Numbered from the stretch's first letter, positions 1 to 10,697 are shown. The stretch is 64,000 nucleotides of DNA from an uncultured Eubacteriales bacterium (GCA_902797145.1 CADBRR010000126.1:2485-66484), one strand, 5' to 3'. The notes: generated by a model not told the origin, from the sequence alone. Translations and numbers: made by a program.

Positions 1-597
1 GTCAACGTCCAAAATTCCATCGCCTGTTCTGTAAGCCATACCCTCTTTAACGTCACCGTTTTCCTCTGCAACAGGGAGAACATAGCTAAATGCCATATCC
101 TGTTCACGCTCTGCTTCAAGTCCGAGCGTATTATAAAGCCCTGTCTTCATAATTCCGGTAACGAGGTTACAGCTTACAACCTTATTTATTCTTTCATCTG
201 AAGCAATAGCTTTTTTCTCAAGCTCTATTGCGAGTGCGATTTTTTCCTTTTCGCTGAGAGTTGTGAACTCATATTCCTTACGGGGAACAGATTCGTATAT
301 GCACTTTGCCTGCATGGGGTGAACGTCTTCCGTTTCAACAGCCTTTGCGTTATCAACTGCACGAGCAACTAATTCTTCGGGGTTTTCAAGCATTTCAGTA
401 TATGCGTAACCCTGTTTATTTCCTATCTGAACACGTAGATTTATACCGTACGAACGGCTAACGCTATACTTTTCAAGTTCGCCGTTTCTGCAAGCAACAG
501 AAAGGTCTTCGCCGTTTACAAAATATATTTCCGCATTATCGCAGCCCTTTTCAAGTGCCTTTTCAAACGCTTTAACTCTAAATTCCTTTATATCCAT
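1..597 (-). CDS. pmbA: PmbA/TldE-family protein, truncated by window edge (N-terminal 199 codons present)
   Basis: Not in ORF track (partial). My minus-strand translation from ATG 597..595 stays open to position 1: MDIKEFRVKAFEKALEKGCDNAEIYFVNGEDLSVACRNGELEKYSVSRSYGINLRVQIGNKQGYAYTE... This is a TldD/PmbA-like N-terminus. It starts 4 nt after the tldD stop on the same strand. Confidence 0.6.
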   Translation of the reverse strand, partial: MDIKEFRVKAFEKALEKGCDNAEIYFVNGEDLSVACRNGELEKYSVSRSYGINLRVQIGNKQGYAYTEMLENPEELVARAVDNAKAVETEDVHPMQAKCIYESVPRKEYEFTTLSEKEKIALAIELEKKAIASDERINKVVSCNLVTGIMKTGLYNTLGLEAEREQDMAFSYVLPVAEENGDVKEGMAYRTGDGILDVD

Positions 598-601
598 ATG
601 C

Positions 602-1978
602 TTAACCCCTTCCGCCTACTGTAATTTCACTTACTCTTATGCGAGGCTGACCGACATTTGTCGGAATTGAGCCTGAAACCGAACCGCACATTCCTTGACC
701 TAACCACAGCTTCTTGCCTACTCTATCAATCTTGAGCAAAATCTGTGAGCCTTTACCGATAAGCGTTGCGCCTCTAACCGGCGAAACGATTTTTCCGTCT
801 TTAACAAGATAGCCTTCAGAAACCGCAAAGTTGAACTCACCCGTTATCGGGTTTACAGAACCTCCGCCCATTCTTGAAGCGAAAATACCATCGCCCATAG
901 AGCTTATCATTTCGTCTTCATCATCTTCGCCTGCAAGAATGAACGTGTTTGTCATTCTCGATGTCGGAGCATATTCATAACTTTCTCGCCTCGATGAACC
1001 TGTAACCGGCATATTCATAATCCTTGAACCGAGCAAGTCAATCATATAATTTTTAAGTATTCCGTTTTCAATCAAAAGATTTCTTGTTGACGGAGTTCCC
1101 TCATCGTCGATAGAAATAGTTCCCCATTCGCCCTTGAGCGTTCCGTCGTCAACTGCGCTAACCTTATCCGATGCAATTTTCTGACCGAGCTTTCCGCAGA
1201 ACACGCTGTTGCCCTTTGCAACCGCCGTAGCTTCAAGCGAATGACCGCAAGCTTCATGGAAAATAACTCCGCCGAAACCTCCGTCTATAACTACCGGCAT
1301 AATTCCCGACGGGCATTCAGGCGCATGGAGCATTGTAACCGCTGTCTTTGCAGATTGTATAGCCGCTGCACATACGTCGATTTTATCGTATGCTTCAAAA
1401 CCCATACCAAGACCCGGACCTTCAAAGCCTGTCTGGAACTCCGTTCCGCTTGAAGCGACCGACTGAATTGCCATTCTTGTGCGAGGACGCCTATCAGATG
1501 CGAAAACACCGTTGCTGTTGCAAACGAAAATGTTTTTATCAACATCAAGATATCTAACTGTTACCTGTGAAATTTCAGCAGAATATGACTTTGCAGCCTC
1601 ATAAGCCTGTTTCATAAGCGCAATTCGCTTGTTATTGTCTATTTGTGAAAACGCAACTGACGGAGTAATTGAATATTTCTTCTCCATAAAATCCTTTGCG
1701 CTGTATTTATCGTTTCCCTCAATTATAGCTGAAGCAGCCTTTGCCGCCCACAAAAGCGATTCCCTGCTCATATCAGCAGTATATGCGTACGCACTCCTCG
1801 TTCCTTTTAAGACACGAACGCCTGCGCCGCAATTTCTTTTATATGATGCGTTTTCTACCGTTCCGTTTGCCATTGAAATAGTAGTACCTGTCGTATCCTC
1901 CATAAAAAGCTCGGAAAAATCTCCGCCGCTTTCAAGTGCCGCATCAAGCACTTCCTGCGCAATTCTCTTATCTATCAA
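602..1978 (-). CDS. tldD: TldD-family metalloprotease
   Basis: 458 aa. Has the HEACGH zinc motif (FHEACGHSLEA) and a TldD-like N-terminus (GGDFSELFMED..GAGVRVL). Paired with a PmbA-like gene downstream. Confidence 0.85.
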   Translation of the reverse strand: MIDKRIAQEVLDAALESGGDFSELFMEDTTGTTISMANGTVENASYKRNCGAGVRVLKGTRSAYAYTADMSRESLLWAAKAASAIIEGNDKYSAKDFMEKKYSITPSVAFSQIDNNKRIALMKQAYEAAKSYSAEISQVTVRYLDVDKNIFVCNSNGVFASDRRPRTRMAIQSVASSGTEFQTGFEGPGLGMGFEAYDKIDVCAAAIQSAKTAVTMLHAPECPSGIMPVVIDGGFGGVIFHEACGHSLEATAVAKGNSVFCGKLGQKIASDKVSAVDDGTLKGEWGTISIDDEGTPSTRNLLIENGILKNYMIDLLGSRIMNMPVTGSSRRESYEYAPTSRMTNTFILAGEDDEDEMISSMGDGIFASRMGGGSVNPITGEFNFAVSEGYLVKDGKIVSPVRGATLIGKGSQILLKIDRVGKKLWLGQGMCGSVSGSIPTNVGQPRIRVSEITVGGRG

Positions 1979-3291
1979 CTTTGTGACCTCCTTTTATTTA
2001 TATTACTTTTGATTTTCGATTCACTGCCCATATCGCTCGGTTCATAATATACTCTGCCCTTTAACGATTTAGGCATATATTCCTGTTCAACATAATGGTT
2101 CTTATAATCGTGCGGGTATTTGTAACCTACTCCGTGACCGAGCTTATCTGCGCCTTTATAATGCGTATCACGAAGATGAATGGGAACCGGTTCATCAAAT
2201 GAATTTTCAACATCAGCAAATGCCCTGTCCACCGCCACTGCAACGGAATTTGACTTGGGGCTTTCGCACACGAAAATAATCGCCTGCGCAAGCGATAACC
2301 TTGCCTCCGGCATTCCGTTAAGTTCAAGTGCCTGAGCTGCCGCAACAGCCTGAACCATAGCCTGCGGACTTGCAAGCCCTACATCTTCTGACGCATGAAC
2401 TATAACTCGCCTTGCAATAATTTTAGGATCAACCCCTGCATAAATAAGCCTTGCAAACCACGCAAGCGCAGCATCTGTATCGCTGCCACGGAGGCTTTTA
2501 CAAAACGCAGAAAGCATATCATAATATTGCCGTTCGTCGCATTTCATAACCTTATGCTGAATTGATTCTTCCGCAATTTCCTTTGTAATTCGAATTTTTC
2601 CGTCAACTGGCTTTGTAGTAAGTATTGCAAGCTCCAGCGCATTAAGCGCACACCTTGCATCGCCGTTAGAAATAAGCGCAATATGCTCAAGCGCATCTTC
2701 ATCAATCTGAGCATTATATGAACCCATGCCACGTTCCACATCGTTATTCGCCTCGATAATTGCACGCTTTATATTTTCTTTGCTTAGCGGATAAAATTCA
2801 AACACACGACAACGGCTGACAATTGCGCTCGTCATTGAAATCATAGGATTTTCTGTCGTAGAACCGATAAATTTTACCGTTCCGTTTTCAAGCGCCGGCA
2901 ATATGCTGTCTGATTGAGTTTTGCTCCACCTGTGGCATTCATCGAGGAGCAGATATGTTTCTTTTCCGTATAATTTAAGATTTTTTTCGGCTTGAGCAAT
3001 AACTTCCCTTACCTCTTTAACTCCCGATGTAACAGCGTTAAGCTTTGCAAAAAGCGAGTTTGTGCTCGATGCAATAACCGCTGCAAGCGTTGTTTTACCA
3101 CAGCCGGGCGGACCGAAAAATATCGAGCTTCTGAGCGTATCGCTTTCAATCGCACGCCTTAAAAGCTTGCCCTTTCCAACAATGTGTTCCTGACCTATAA
3201 ATTCATCGAGCGTTCGTGGCCGCATTCTATCGGCAAGCGGTTTATTTGAAAAACGCATATTGTCAAATAACATATTATCATACGAATCCAT
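1975..3291 (-). CDS. rarA: Replication-associated recombination protein A (AAA+ ATPase RarA/MgsA)
   Basis: 438 aa. Walker A GPPGCGKTTLA, Walker B LLLDECHR, MgsA C-terminal helical domain (AALAWFARLIYAG.DP). Overlaps the tldD start by 4 nt. Confidence 0.9.
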   Translation of the reverse strand: MDSYDNMLFDNMRFSNKPLADRMRPRTLDEFIGQEHIVGKGKLLRRAIESDTLRSSIFFGPPGCGKTTLAAVIASSTNSLFAKLNAVTSGVKEVREVIAQAEKNLKLYGKETYLLLDECHRWSKTQSDSILPALENGTVKFIGSTTENPMISMTSAIVSRCRVFEFYPLSKENIKRAIIEANNDVERGMGSYNAQIDEDALEHIALISNGDARCALNALELAILTTKPVDGKIRITKEIAEESIQHKVMKCDERQYYDMLSAFCKSLRGSDTDAALAWFARLIYAGVDPKIIARRVIVHASEDVGLASPQAMVQAVAAAQALELNGMPEARLSLAQAIIFVCESPKSNSVAVAVDRAFADVENSFDEPVPIHLRDTHYKGADKLGHGVGYKYPHDYKNHYVEQEYMPKSLKGRVYYEPSDMGSESKIKSNINKRRSQS

Positions 3292-3455
3292 AGCATAAAC
3301 TCTCCTTTGGTAATATTATACCTATTTACCGCCTGTTTATCAATAAAAATTTTCAATATATGCGCTTAACGCAATACCATTTTTTGTATTGAAAAATTTT
3401 TCGTAATGTGGTAATATTTATAAATAACATAAAAACTTATAGGGGTACTTTTAAA

Positions 3456-4637
3456 ATGGATAACAATAACAAGATTACAATAGGACTTTTTATTGATACA
3501 TTTTTTCCAATGGTAGACGGAGTAACGGCAGTAGTTGATAACTACGCAAAGAGGCTTGTAAAGTATGCTTATGTAATCGTATTTGCGCCTGAATACCCAA
3601 CGCTTGAATACGATGATGAAACACTTCCATATAAGGTTGTAAGGTGTAAGTCAGTTCGTGTTCCGTTTGTCGATTATATGTGGCCCTTGCCCGAAATTGA
3701 CTCGGATTTTAAAAAAGAGCTTGACAAATATCATCTTGATATAGTTCACATCCACTCTCCGTTCGGCGTTGGCAGGGCAGGCATTGCGTATGCGCAGAAG
3801 CATAACATTCCTGCAATAGGCACTATGCACAGCCAGTACAAAAAGGATTTCAAGCGTTCGCTCAAATTAGATGTGCTTGCTGACTCATTTACCGAAAGGG
3901 CAATGAAAGTTTTCAATGCCTGTGATGAATGTTGGGCAGTAAATAAAGAGGTTGGCAGGATTTACTTTGAAGAATATGGTTATAAAAAAATGCCTGCCGT
4001 TATGAATAACGCAACCGATATGATGCCTGTTGAGGATATAAACGAGGCAAAGGATACGATAAATAAGCTTTATAATATAGACGAAAGCGACCACGTTTTC
4101 CTGTTTGTGGGCAGAATAAATAAGCTTAAAAACATATTCTTTATTGTGGAATCGCTGAACATTCTCAAAAAAACGCATCCCGATTTCAAGTTTAAGATGT
4201 TGTTTGTAGGCTCAGGTCAGGACGAAGACGAATTAAAGGAATATATTGCCGATAACAAGCTTGGAAACGATATCATAATGTGCGGTAAGATTACGGATAA
4301 ACCATTGCTTGCAAAGCATTATGCAAGGGCAGAACTTTTCCTGTTCCCATCGCTTTATGATTGTTCGTCAATCGTACAGATAGAAGCCGCATCACAGAAA
4401 ACACCTGCTGTTTTCCTGCGTGGCGCAGCAACAGCGGCAGAAATAACAGACAATGTAAACGGTTTCTTGTGCGAAAATGATTCAGCAAAATACGCTGAAA
4501 AGATTTTTAATGTAATATCGGATACAAGCCTTTATAACAAGGTTTGCGAAAATACATTCAATGACCTGTATATCAACTGGGACGATGCTATTTTGAACAT
4601 ATATAATAAATACCTTGAATTTATTAAGAATAAATAA
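3456..4637 (+). CDS. Glycosyltransferase family 4 (GT-B fold)
   Basis: ORF 3408..4637, trimmed to ATG 3456 behind AGGGG (3441). The N-terminus KITIGLFIDTFFPMVDGV and C-terminal FLFPSLYDCSSIVQIEAAS are typical of GT4 (MGDG/DGDG-synthase-like) enzymes. Confidence 0.7.
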   Translation: MDNNNKITIGLFIDTFFPMVDGVTAVVDNYAKRLVKYAYVIVFAPEYPTLEYDDETLPYKVVRCKSVRVPFVDYMWPLPEIDSDFKKELDKYHLDIVHIHSPFGVGRAGIAYAQKHNIPAIGTMHSQYKKDFKRSLKLDVLADSFTERAMKVFNACDECWAVNKEVGRIYFEEYGYKKMPAVMNNATDMMPVEDINEAKDTINKLYNIDESDHVFLFVGRINKLKNIFFIVESLNILKKTHPDFKFKMLFVGSGQDEDELKEYIADNKLGNDIIMCGKITDKPLLAKHYARAELFLFPSLYDCSSIVQIEAASQKTPAVFLRGAATAAEITDNVNGFLCENDSAKYAEKIFNVISDTSLYNKVCENTFNDLYINWDDAILNIYNKYLEFIKNK

Positions 4638-4643
4638 ATCAGC

Positions 4644-4679
4644 GACCGAGCAGCCAATAACGACTGCTCGGTCTTCTTA
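4644..4679. terminator. Rho-independent terminator hairpin between convergent genes
   Basis: Perfect 10-bp stem GACCGAGCAG/CTGCTCGGTC (4644..4653 / 4664..4673) followed by TTCTT. Confidence 0.6.
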
Positions 4680-4680
4680 A

Positions 4681-4893
4681 TCATATAAGCCCTGCTACGT
4701 GTGATAGAACCATTGCCGCATCAAATGTATTAACTTTATTATCGCCCGAACCATCTGCATTTGGGCGCATAATGTCCGATAAAGCATCAATCTCCGCAAC
4801 GTGCCGCAAAATAATCATCGCATCAGCATCTTCAAGCGCAACTATAAAAATATCTAACGTATCATCTTCATAATCACAAACTTCGCTCAACAA
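4681..4893 (-). pseudogene. Orphan dockerin-like module (probable gene remnant)
   Basis: 70-codon ORF starting at TTG directly after an in-frame TAA. No signal peptide or catalytic part. Two F-hand-like segments: EDADAMIILRHVAEI and NADGSGDNKVNTFDAAMVLSHVAG. Confidence 0.35.
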
Positions 4894-4920
4894 AAAGCCT
4901 TAAATCGGCAAATTCAAAAA

Positions 4921-4960
4921 TAACATAATAAAATAGCTTCCGCAGTTTTAACTGCGGAAG
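4921..4960 (-). terminator. Intrinsic terminator of the SpoIID-domain gene
   Basis: Stem GCTTCCGCAG/CTGCGGAAGC (4935..4944 / 4951..4960). On the minus strand it is followed by TATTTTATTATGTT. Confidence 0.7.
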
Positions 4961-4967
4961 CATTGTG

Positions 4968-7325
4968 TTAATCATTTGCTCTTCTCGTTATAATTGGATT
5001 TAACTTTTTGTCATTATCAGGTATTGTTACTTTGAATGGAGAAATAGTTAAACCACTATCTTCATTTTCTGTTTCATCATCGGCACGATTTATAATTTCA
5101 ACAACATTTTCGCTGAATGAAATGTTCTTGTCTGCATCGCAAACATAACCTCTGATACCAAAATACTCAATTTCGTACCAGTCGCCAAGCTTAGAATAAA
5201 CAGTAAGCTTTGTTCCAACATCTGCCGTTCCTACAAGCATACTCATAAAGTTAGTTCTTGCGTAGACATTTGTCCTTGATTTAAGCGTTACTGTGCCAAT
5301 AGGTTCAGTATTTTCAACGATATTGCTCATTCCACCGTTCGTTACAGAATAAATGACCTTAACATATTTTGCGGAAATATAACCATACTGTCCGTCTTCA
5401 AGCTTTATTCTGAACCAGCCATCGGTTATTCTCAAAATATCGAACGTATCGCCATAACGGAGCGTAGTTATCTTTTCATAGTTTGTCGTTGGACCTGTTC
5501 TAACATTTACACTGCCGTTTGCATAACCTCTTGCAAGGTAAACGCTGCCTATCATGCTCATCTTTTCGCCGACCGTTGCCCTGTTAAGCATAACATCATC
5601 GCACAGAACAAATCCGAACTGTCCGTCAATATCAACATAATAGTGGTCGCCAACCCTGCACCATATGTTAAGATAAGTGTTCTCGTGCAAATTCATCATA
5701 GTAAAGCTCGTTGAATAAATGCCTGTTCTGAACGGTGTATTTGACACAATAGAACCGGAGCAGTAAACTTCAATCGGCTTTAAGTCGTACTCAATGTTGT
5801 ACCAAAGCGATTCAGCATTTATGAAGTATCGCCTTCCACTATAAATTATAAGCGCAATAGAGTCAGTAATGTTTACAACCTGAACCTCAGTTCCCTCTTC
5901 AAGCGCAAATACCTGCTTGAGAACTCCGGCTTTCATCTCATACAAATCGCTTTTCTTTATAACGCTTGCATGGATAAAATCACCGGCAATATTCGTATAA
6001 TCAATATATGGCGAAATTTCACCTGTTGTAATATCAATATGTGAAACGTCAGCATTAGGGAAATAGAACTCTAAAATCTGCCTGAAATCCCAGCCTTCAA
6101 GCGCCATCTGCTGTGCGCCGCTCTGCGAAAGCCCTACTCCATGACCCCATCTTACATAATAAAGCTCAAATCCGCCCAATACATATCTGCCCCAGAATGC
6201 CCTGCGTTTAGGAAGTGGCAATACGGCTGAATTGTTTCGCATATCATAAAGGAAAATATCAATAGTCGCATTATTTATTACGCTTCCATCATTCAATGTG
6301 GCATCGACCGTCAAAAGCATATCCTCATAATCCCTTGAAATGCCTTCATGTCTCGGATTAATCATCTTTACATAAGTGATTTTAATATCTTCGACATTTT
6401 GGGAAATCTGTTCCTTTGCCTTTGAAAGAACGTAATTATTGAACTCTTCATTATCTGACTTGTAGCCATTTGTCGGTATAAACAGAGTATATTTTTTTGC
6501 AATTTCCGATTTAAAATCATACTCATCAGGACCCGTTGCATATGGCCCGTCCATAGTGCTGCCTGCCCATGCGTGCGATGGAAGAATCATCTCACCGCCG
6601 TTTGAATCGGCAAATAGTGCCTGGAACAGCCTGCCTCTATATGTAACAGCAATGCTCAGCGTATAGTCAACAGCTTCTTTGACCTTAACAAATTCAGGAT
6701 TATAACCTTTGTAAACCTGTTCAGATGCCGTATCGCCAATATCGTAATCGCCATGCTTTGCAATACTCATCATAACATAGTTCTTTGCGCAAACAGCCTG
6801 TGCCTTTAATGCTTCAAGCTGATATGACTCGCTCATTTCATAGCCAACAACGCCATAGAGATATTCATTTAGAGGAACATCATTGATTATCCTCAATGTT
6901 CCTGCGCTAACATTAAATTTCATATCGCCAAGATACATTCTCTTGCCAATCATTATATAATGCTTGTAATGTTCGCTTTCGGAATTTTCGCTTCCATACC
7001 TTTCGAGCGTTATAATGCTGTCCGTTGCTTCATAATCGCCCGATGTAATGGTAACTTTTGAATCATTAACAGTCATAGTAGCATCACAATCTTCAAGCAA
7101 TTTGCCTGTTTCTACTACCTTGAAACTTCCGCTGAGCGTGAGCTTCTGCTTCTTATTGCCACTTGAAGAAAGCATAACCCTGATGTATTCATAATTATTT
7201 TGTGCCGCATTGCTTGAAAATCCACTGTCAGTTATCGGAATGCTGACAATAGATACTGCAAGTGCTTGTGCCGCAAAGCTCATTATCATAATAAGAGCCA
7301 TAACAGCACTCAAAAGCTTACGCAT
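4968..7325 (-). CDS. Secreted SpoIID/LytB-domain protein with C-terminal SH3b repeats
   Basis: ORF 4968..7370, trimmed to MRKLLSAVMALIMIMSFAAQALA (signal peptide). SpoIID motifs ALKAQAVCAKNY, SEQVYKGY, GHGVGLSQSGAQQMA. SH3b-like VNVRTGPTTNYEKITTLRYGD..GWFRIKLEDGQYGYISAKYV. Confidence 0.75.
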   Translation of the reverse strand: MRKLLSAVMALIMIMSFAAQALAVSIVSIPITDSGFSSNAAQNNYEYIRVMLSSSGNKKQKLTLSGSFKVVETGKLLEDCDATMTVNDSKVTITSGDYEATDSIITLERYGSENSESEHYKHYIMIGKRMYLGDMKFNVSAGTLRIINDVPLNEYLYGVVGYEMSESYQLEALKAQAVCAKNYVMMSIAKHGDYDIGDTASEQVYKGYNPEFVKVKEAVDYTLSIAVTYRGRLFQALFADSNGGEMILPSHAWAGSTMDGPYATGPDEYDFKSEIAKKYTLFIPTNGYKSDNEEFNNYVLSKAKEQISQNVEDIKITYVKMINPRHEGISRDYEDMLLTVDATLNDGSVINNATIDIFLYDMRNNSAVLPLPKRRAFWGRYVLGGFELYYVRWGHGVGLSQSGAQQMALEGWDFRQILEFYFPNADVSHIDITTGEISPYIDYTNIAGDFIHASVIKKSDLYEMKAGVLKQVFALEEGTEVQVVNITDSIALIIYSGRRYFINAESLWYNIEYDLKPIEVYCSGSIVSNTPFRTGIYSTSFTMMNLHENTYLNIWCRVGDHYYVDIDGQFGFVLCDDVMLNRATVGEKMSMIGSVYLARGYANGSVNVRTGPTTNYEKITTLRYGDTFDILRITDGWFRIKLEDGQYGYISAKYVKVIYSVTNGGMSNIVENTEPIGTVTLKSRTNVYARTNFMSMLVGTADVGTKLTVYSKLGDWYEIEYFGIRGYVCDADKNISFSENVVEIINRADDETENEDSGLTISPFKVTIPDNDKKLNPIITRRAND

Positions 7326-7462
7326 AAATCTTCCCCCTGCAAGAAATAAATATATGATATATTGTACCACACATTTAAACTTTTGTGAATAGCAAATTTA
7401 ATAAATTTAAGTCAATTTTCATAATAAAACAGCATTCCCTGATTAAAAGACTGCGTATTTAA

Positions 7463-8122
7463 TTATTTTTCAAGCATTTTTTCGAGCTGTTCTATTCTTG
7501 ATTTAAGCATAGCTATTTCATTTTCTATCGGGTCAGGAAGATGAACTTGGTCAAGGTCAACGCCTGCTTCGCCGGTAGCTTTTGCTTCTATCTTTTCATT
7601 AGCTAACTTAACAACGTGTCCCGGAACGCCAACAACAGTAGCATAGGGTGGAACTTCTTTTAGCACAACTGCACCTGCGCCAATCTTTGAATGGTCCCCT
7701 ACCTTGAACGGACCGAGTACCCTTGCGCCACACGAAATAGTAACGTTGTTGCCGATTGTCGGATGTCGTTTTCCTATTTCTTTTCCCGTGCCGCCTAAAG
7801 TAACTCCCTGATAAATCGTTACATCATCGCCAATTTCCGTTGTTTCGCCAATAACAACAGCCATACCATGGTCAATAAATAACCTCTTTCCGATTTTTGC
7901 GCCGGGGTGAATTTCAATGCCTGTAAAAAATCTCGACAGGTTTGAAACTATCCTTGCGAGTAATTTCATATGGTGCGTATGCAGAAAATGTGCAACCCTA
8001 TGACTTCTTACTGCCCTAAATCCGGGATAACAGAAGAAAACCTCGAATGCGTTCCTTGCAGCAGGATCTCTTTCAAGCACACAGCGAATATCGCTTTTTA
8101 AGGTTTTAAACATAGCTTGCAC
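7463..8122 (-). CDS. cysE: Serine O-acetyltransferase
   Basis: 219 aa. SATase N-terminus ([27 protein letters not shown]) and left-handed beta-helix hexapeptide repeats ([35 protein letters not shown]). Confidence 0.9.
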   Translation of the reverse strand: MQAMFKTLKSDIRCVLERDPAARNAFEVFFCYPGFRAVRSHRVAHFLHTHHMKLLARIVSNLSRFFTGIEIHPGAKIGKRLFIDHGMAVVIGETTEIGDDVTIYQGVTLGGTGKEIGKRHPTIGNNVTISCGARVLGPFKVGDHSKIGAGAVVLKEVPPYATVVGVPGHVVKLANEKIEAKATGEAGVDLDQVHLPDPIENEIAMLKSRIEQLEKMLEK

Positions 8123-8275
8123 CTTTCCTTTCTTTAAAAATTATATTATATATTTTATCCAAATAAATATATTAACACAAAAATCTTTTTTTGTATAGAT
8201 TTGTTGTGAACATTGACAATTATTTTTTATTACTATAAAATTAATTTGTATTATTATATTCGGAGATGTTTTGTT

Positions 8276-8995
8276 ATGCCACTATATAAACTTACTGCAA
8301 GGCTTGAAGAGATGAAAAAGCTTATTCAAGATGAAAATAAAATCATAAATTGCGTTGCCGATGTCGGCTGTGACCATGGCTATCTTTCAGTAGATTTGCT
8401 CGAATCGGGAATATGTAAAAGCGTTATAGCTTCCGATATTAGCAAGCCATCGCTTGAAAAAGCGAGTCAGCTCGCCTCCAGTATGGGCGTTGAAGATAAT
8501 ATGAAAACTGTTGTTTCTGACGGTCTATCGCATCTTGATGACGGACAAGCTCAGGTCATAGCAATAGCCGGTATGGGCGGTGAACTCATTTCTGAAATTT
8601 TACAAAAAAATGAGTCCGTCGCAAGGAGCGCAGAAAAAATCGTTATGCAGCCCATGAGCGGTTTTGAGGAGCTGAGGCGGTTTTTATATAACAATTCATA
8701 TCGCATATTAGAGGAACGACTCGTTAAAGAGGGTCGCAGAATTTATCAGGTAATGTCGGTCGTAAGCGGAGATGCTGAACCTCTTCCCGATTGGTGGAAT
8801 GAAAATATGTTTTTTGTGGGTTATGATATGTTTAAAAATCATGATGCGCTTATTGAGGAACTGCTTTTGAATTTAAGGAAAAAATATTGTAGAAGCCTTG
8901 ATAATTCGTCTGTTCAACCCGAAAATCTGATTAAAAATATAGCCGATATAGATGTATTGTTGGAAAAATTAAAGGAGGAAAATAATGAAAATTGA
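8276..8995 (+). CDS. trmK: tRNA (adenine22-N1)-methyltransferase TrmK-like
   Basis: ORF 8213..8995, trimmed to ATG 8276. SAM motif VADVGCDHGYLS..L and IAGMGGELI are typical of the TrmK/YqfN family. Conserved pairing with the Nif3 gene downstream. Confidence 0.75.
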   Translation: MPLYKLTARLEEMKKLIQDENKIINCVADVGCDHGYLSVDLLESGICKSVIASDISKPSLEKASQLASSMGVEDNMKTVVSDGLSHLDDGQAQVIAIAGMGGELISEILQKNESVARSAEKIVMQPMSGFEELRRFLYNNSYRILEERLVKEGRRIYQVMSVVSGDAEPLPDWWNENMFFVGYDMFKNHDALIEELLLNLRKKYCRSLDNSSVQPENLIKNIADIDVLLEKLKEENNEN

Positions 8996-9758
8996 AAATA
9001 TAATAAATATAATAGAAGAACTTGCCCCTGTATCGCTTGCGATGGATTACGATAATTCAGGGCTTAATATAGGTACTACACGAGAAGATATAAAGAAAGT
9101 CCTCGTTGCGCTCGATTGTTCAATGAGCGTTGTGGATGAAGCAATAGCGTGGGGCGCAGATATGATAATCACGCACCACCCTCTGCTTTTTAACGCTGTA
9201 AAGAAAATAACTCCCGATGTAGAGGAAGGCGGTGTCGCATTCAAGCTCATACAAAATAATATCGGTCTTTATTGTGCGCATACAAGCCTCGATGCAGCAA
9301 TAGGCGGTGTAAATGATGTTTTGTGCGAAATGCTCAAAATAAAGGATACAAAAATTGTAGAGCCTGAAAAAATGGGCAGAATCGGCGTTCTTGAAACACC
9401 CGTAACGCTTCGTGAATTTATATATAGAGTGAATGAAAATTTAGGAATAAATGCAGGCTATACAGCAAGCGATGAAATGCTCAAAAAGCAAGTAAATCAA
9501 GTAGCTGTTATGGGCGGAGCAGGCGGAAGTGAAACAATGCTTATGAAAAATTTAGGCGCAGATGTGTTCGTTACAGGCGAAATTAAACATAATCAGGCAG
9601 TAGATGCTTGGAATATGGGTTTTCCCGTTATCGTGTGCGGTCATTATGAAAGTGAAAAAGTTGTCCTCGAACCACTTATTGGATATTTACAAAATCACTC
9701 AAATGGTGTACAATATAGGTTAAGTATAAGCGAAAGTGTTTATATTCGCAGAAATTAA
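8985..9758 (+). CDS. Nif3-like dinuclear metal centre protein (YqfO family)
   Basis: 257 aa. ITHHPLLF motif, C-terminal GHYESE, NIF3 fold pattern. Overlaps trmK by 11 nt. Confidence 0.85.
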   Translation: MKIENIINIIEELAPVSLAMDYDNSGLNIGTTREDIKKVLVALDCSMSVVDEAIAWGADMIITHHPLLFNAVKKITPDVEEGGVAFKLIQNNIGLYCAHTSLDAAIGGVNDVLCEMLKIKDTKIVEPEKMGRIGVLETPVTLREFIYRVNENLGINAGYTASDEMLKKQVNQVAVMGGAGGSETMLMKNLGADVFVTGEIKHNQAVDAWNMGFPVIVCGHYESEKVVLEPLIGYLQNHSNGVQYRLSISESVYIRRN

Positions 9759-9830
9759 ATTTGACGGTGGTAGGATAAGGAGATTAAAATATAAGCAAAT
9801 AAGTATAAAATTGAAAGGAGTTGGTCTTAA

Positions 9831-10658
9831 ATGCCCAGATTGAATTGCCTGATAGAATATCAGGATAAGGAAATCGAACTCGTGAGATATAAAGCAAGCG
9901 CAAAATCAGCAGATGCGGTTAAGAATTTTAACAAGGCAAAGGATGATTATGATAAGCTTGTAGGCGAAAAGCAGAATCTTGAAGAAAAGACAGAAAAGCT
10001 TATAGTTGAGTTCAATAAACTGACCGATGATTCCGATATAGAAAAGGATTTTGAATATACCTTTGTTGGGGAGGATTCGGAATATGAAACGCTTATGAGG
10101 CTCTATGGCGAATACTTCGATGCATTCAAGAGAGGCGAAATAAAGTATTCAGAAGACGGCGAAATAGTAAATGACGAAAAGTATGAAGAATATATTACAG
10201 CCGATGAAATAAAGGAATATGAAGTCGTATTTGCAGATTTTCAGGAAAAATTGAAGCAGAGGAAAAAGCGTATAAACGGTTTTATAGCTGATTTTGAAAA
10301 GGCTGAAAAAAAGCTCGATGAATATGATAAAAAGATTTCGTCTTCAAAGAAAGCGCTCGATGAAGCACAGGTAAAGTATGATGATTTTATGAAAGCGTTT
10401 GATAAGCGTGCAGCGGAAATAAAGAAAGAACTCGACGCTGCTGCAAAGGCTATTCCGACCGATATAAAAAACCAGTTCAATATCGTGCGTAAGCTTAAGA
10501 AAGAAGCAAAGGAAAAGGATATGCGTGTAATGTCAAAGATAGTCGATGGCAAATGCAGCATATGTAAAGCCCCTGTTTCAAAGGAAAAATCAAAGGCGAT
10601 TGGCAATAACGAGAACGTAGTGTTCTGCGATAATTGCGAAAGAATACTTTATAGATAA
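9831..10658 (+). CDS. Coiled-coil protein with C-terminal C4 zinc ribbon (COG1579-like)
   Basis: 275 aa, K/E-rich coiled coil, C-terminal CSICKAPV...FCDNC. Typical neighbour of nif3. Confidence 0.6.
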   Translation: MPRLNCLIEYQDKEIELVRYKASAKSADAVKNFNKAKDDYDKLVGEKQNLEEKTEKLIVEFNKLTDDSDIEKDFEYTFVGEDSEYETLMRLYGEYFDAFKRGEIKYSEDGEIVNDEKYEEYITADEIKEYEVVFADFQEKLKQRKKRINGFIADFEKAEKKLDEYDKKISSSKKALDEAQVKYDDFMKAFDKRAAEIKKELDAAAKAIPTDIKNQFNIVRKLKKEAKEKDMRVMSKIVDGKCSICKAPVSKEKSKAIGNNENVVFCDNCERILYR

Positions 10659-10697
10659 TCGCTAAATTAAAATTTAATAAAATAAATAAAAGAATTT

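Noticed and set aside
8123-8275. T-box or S-box leader expected for cysE. The same was considered for cysK at 48766..48905.
   Set aside because: The leaders are only ~100-150 nt and contain just promoter hexamers and AT-rich palindromes. No T-box (AAUNNGGGUGGNACCGCG-like) or SAM-I core was seen.
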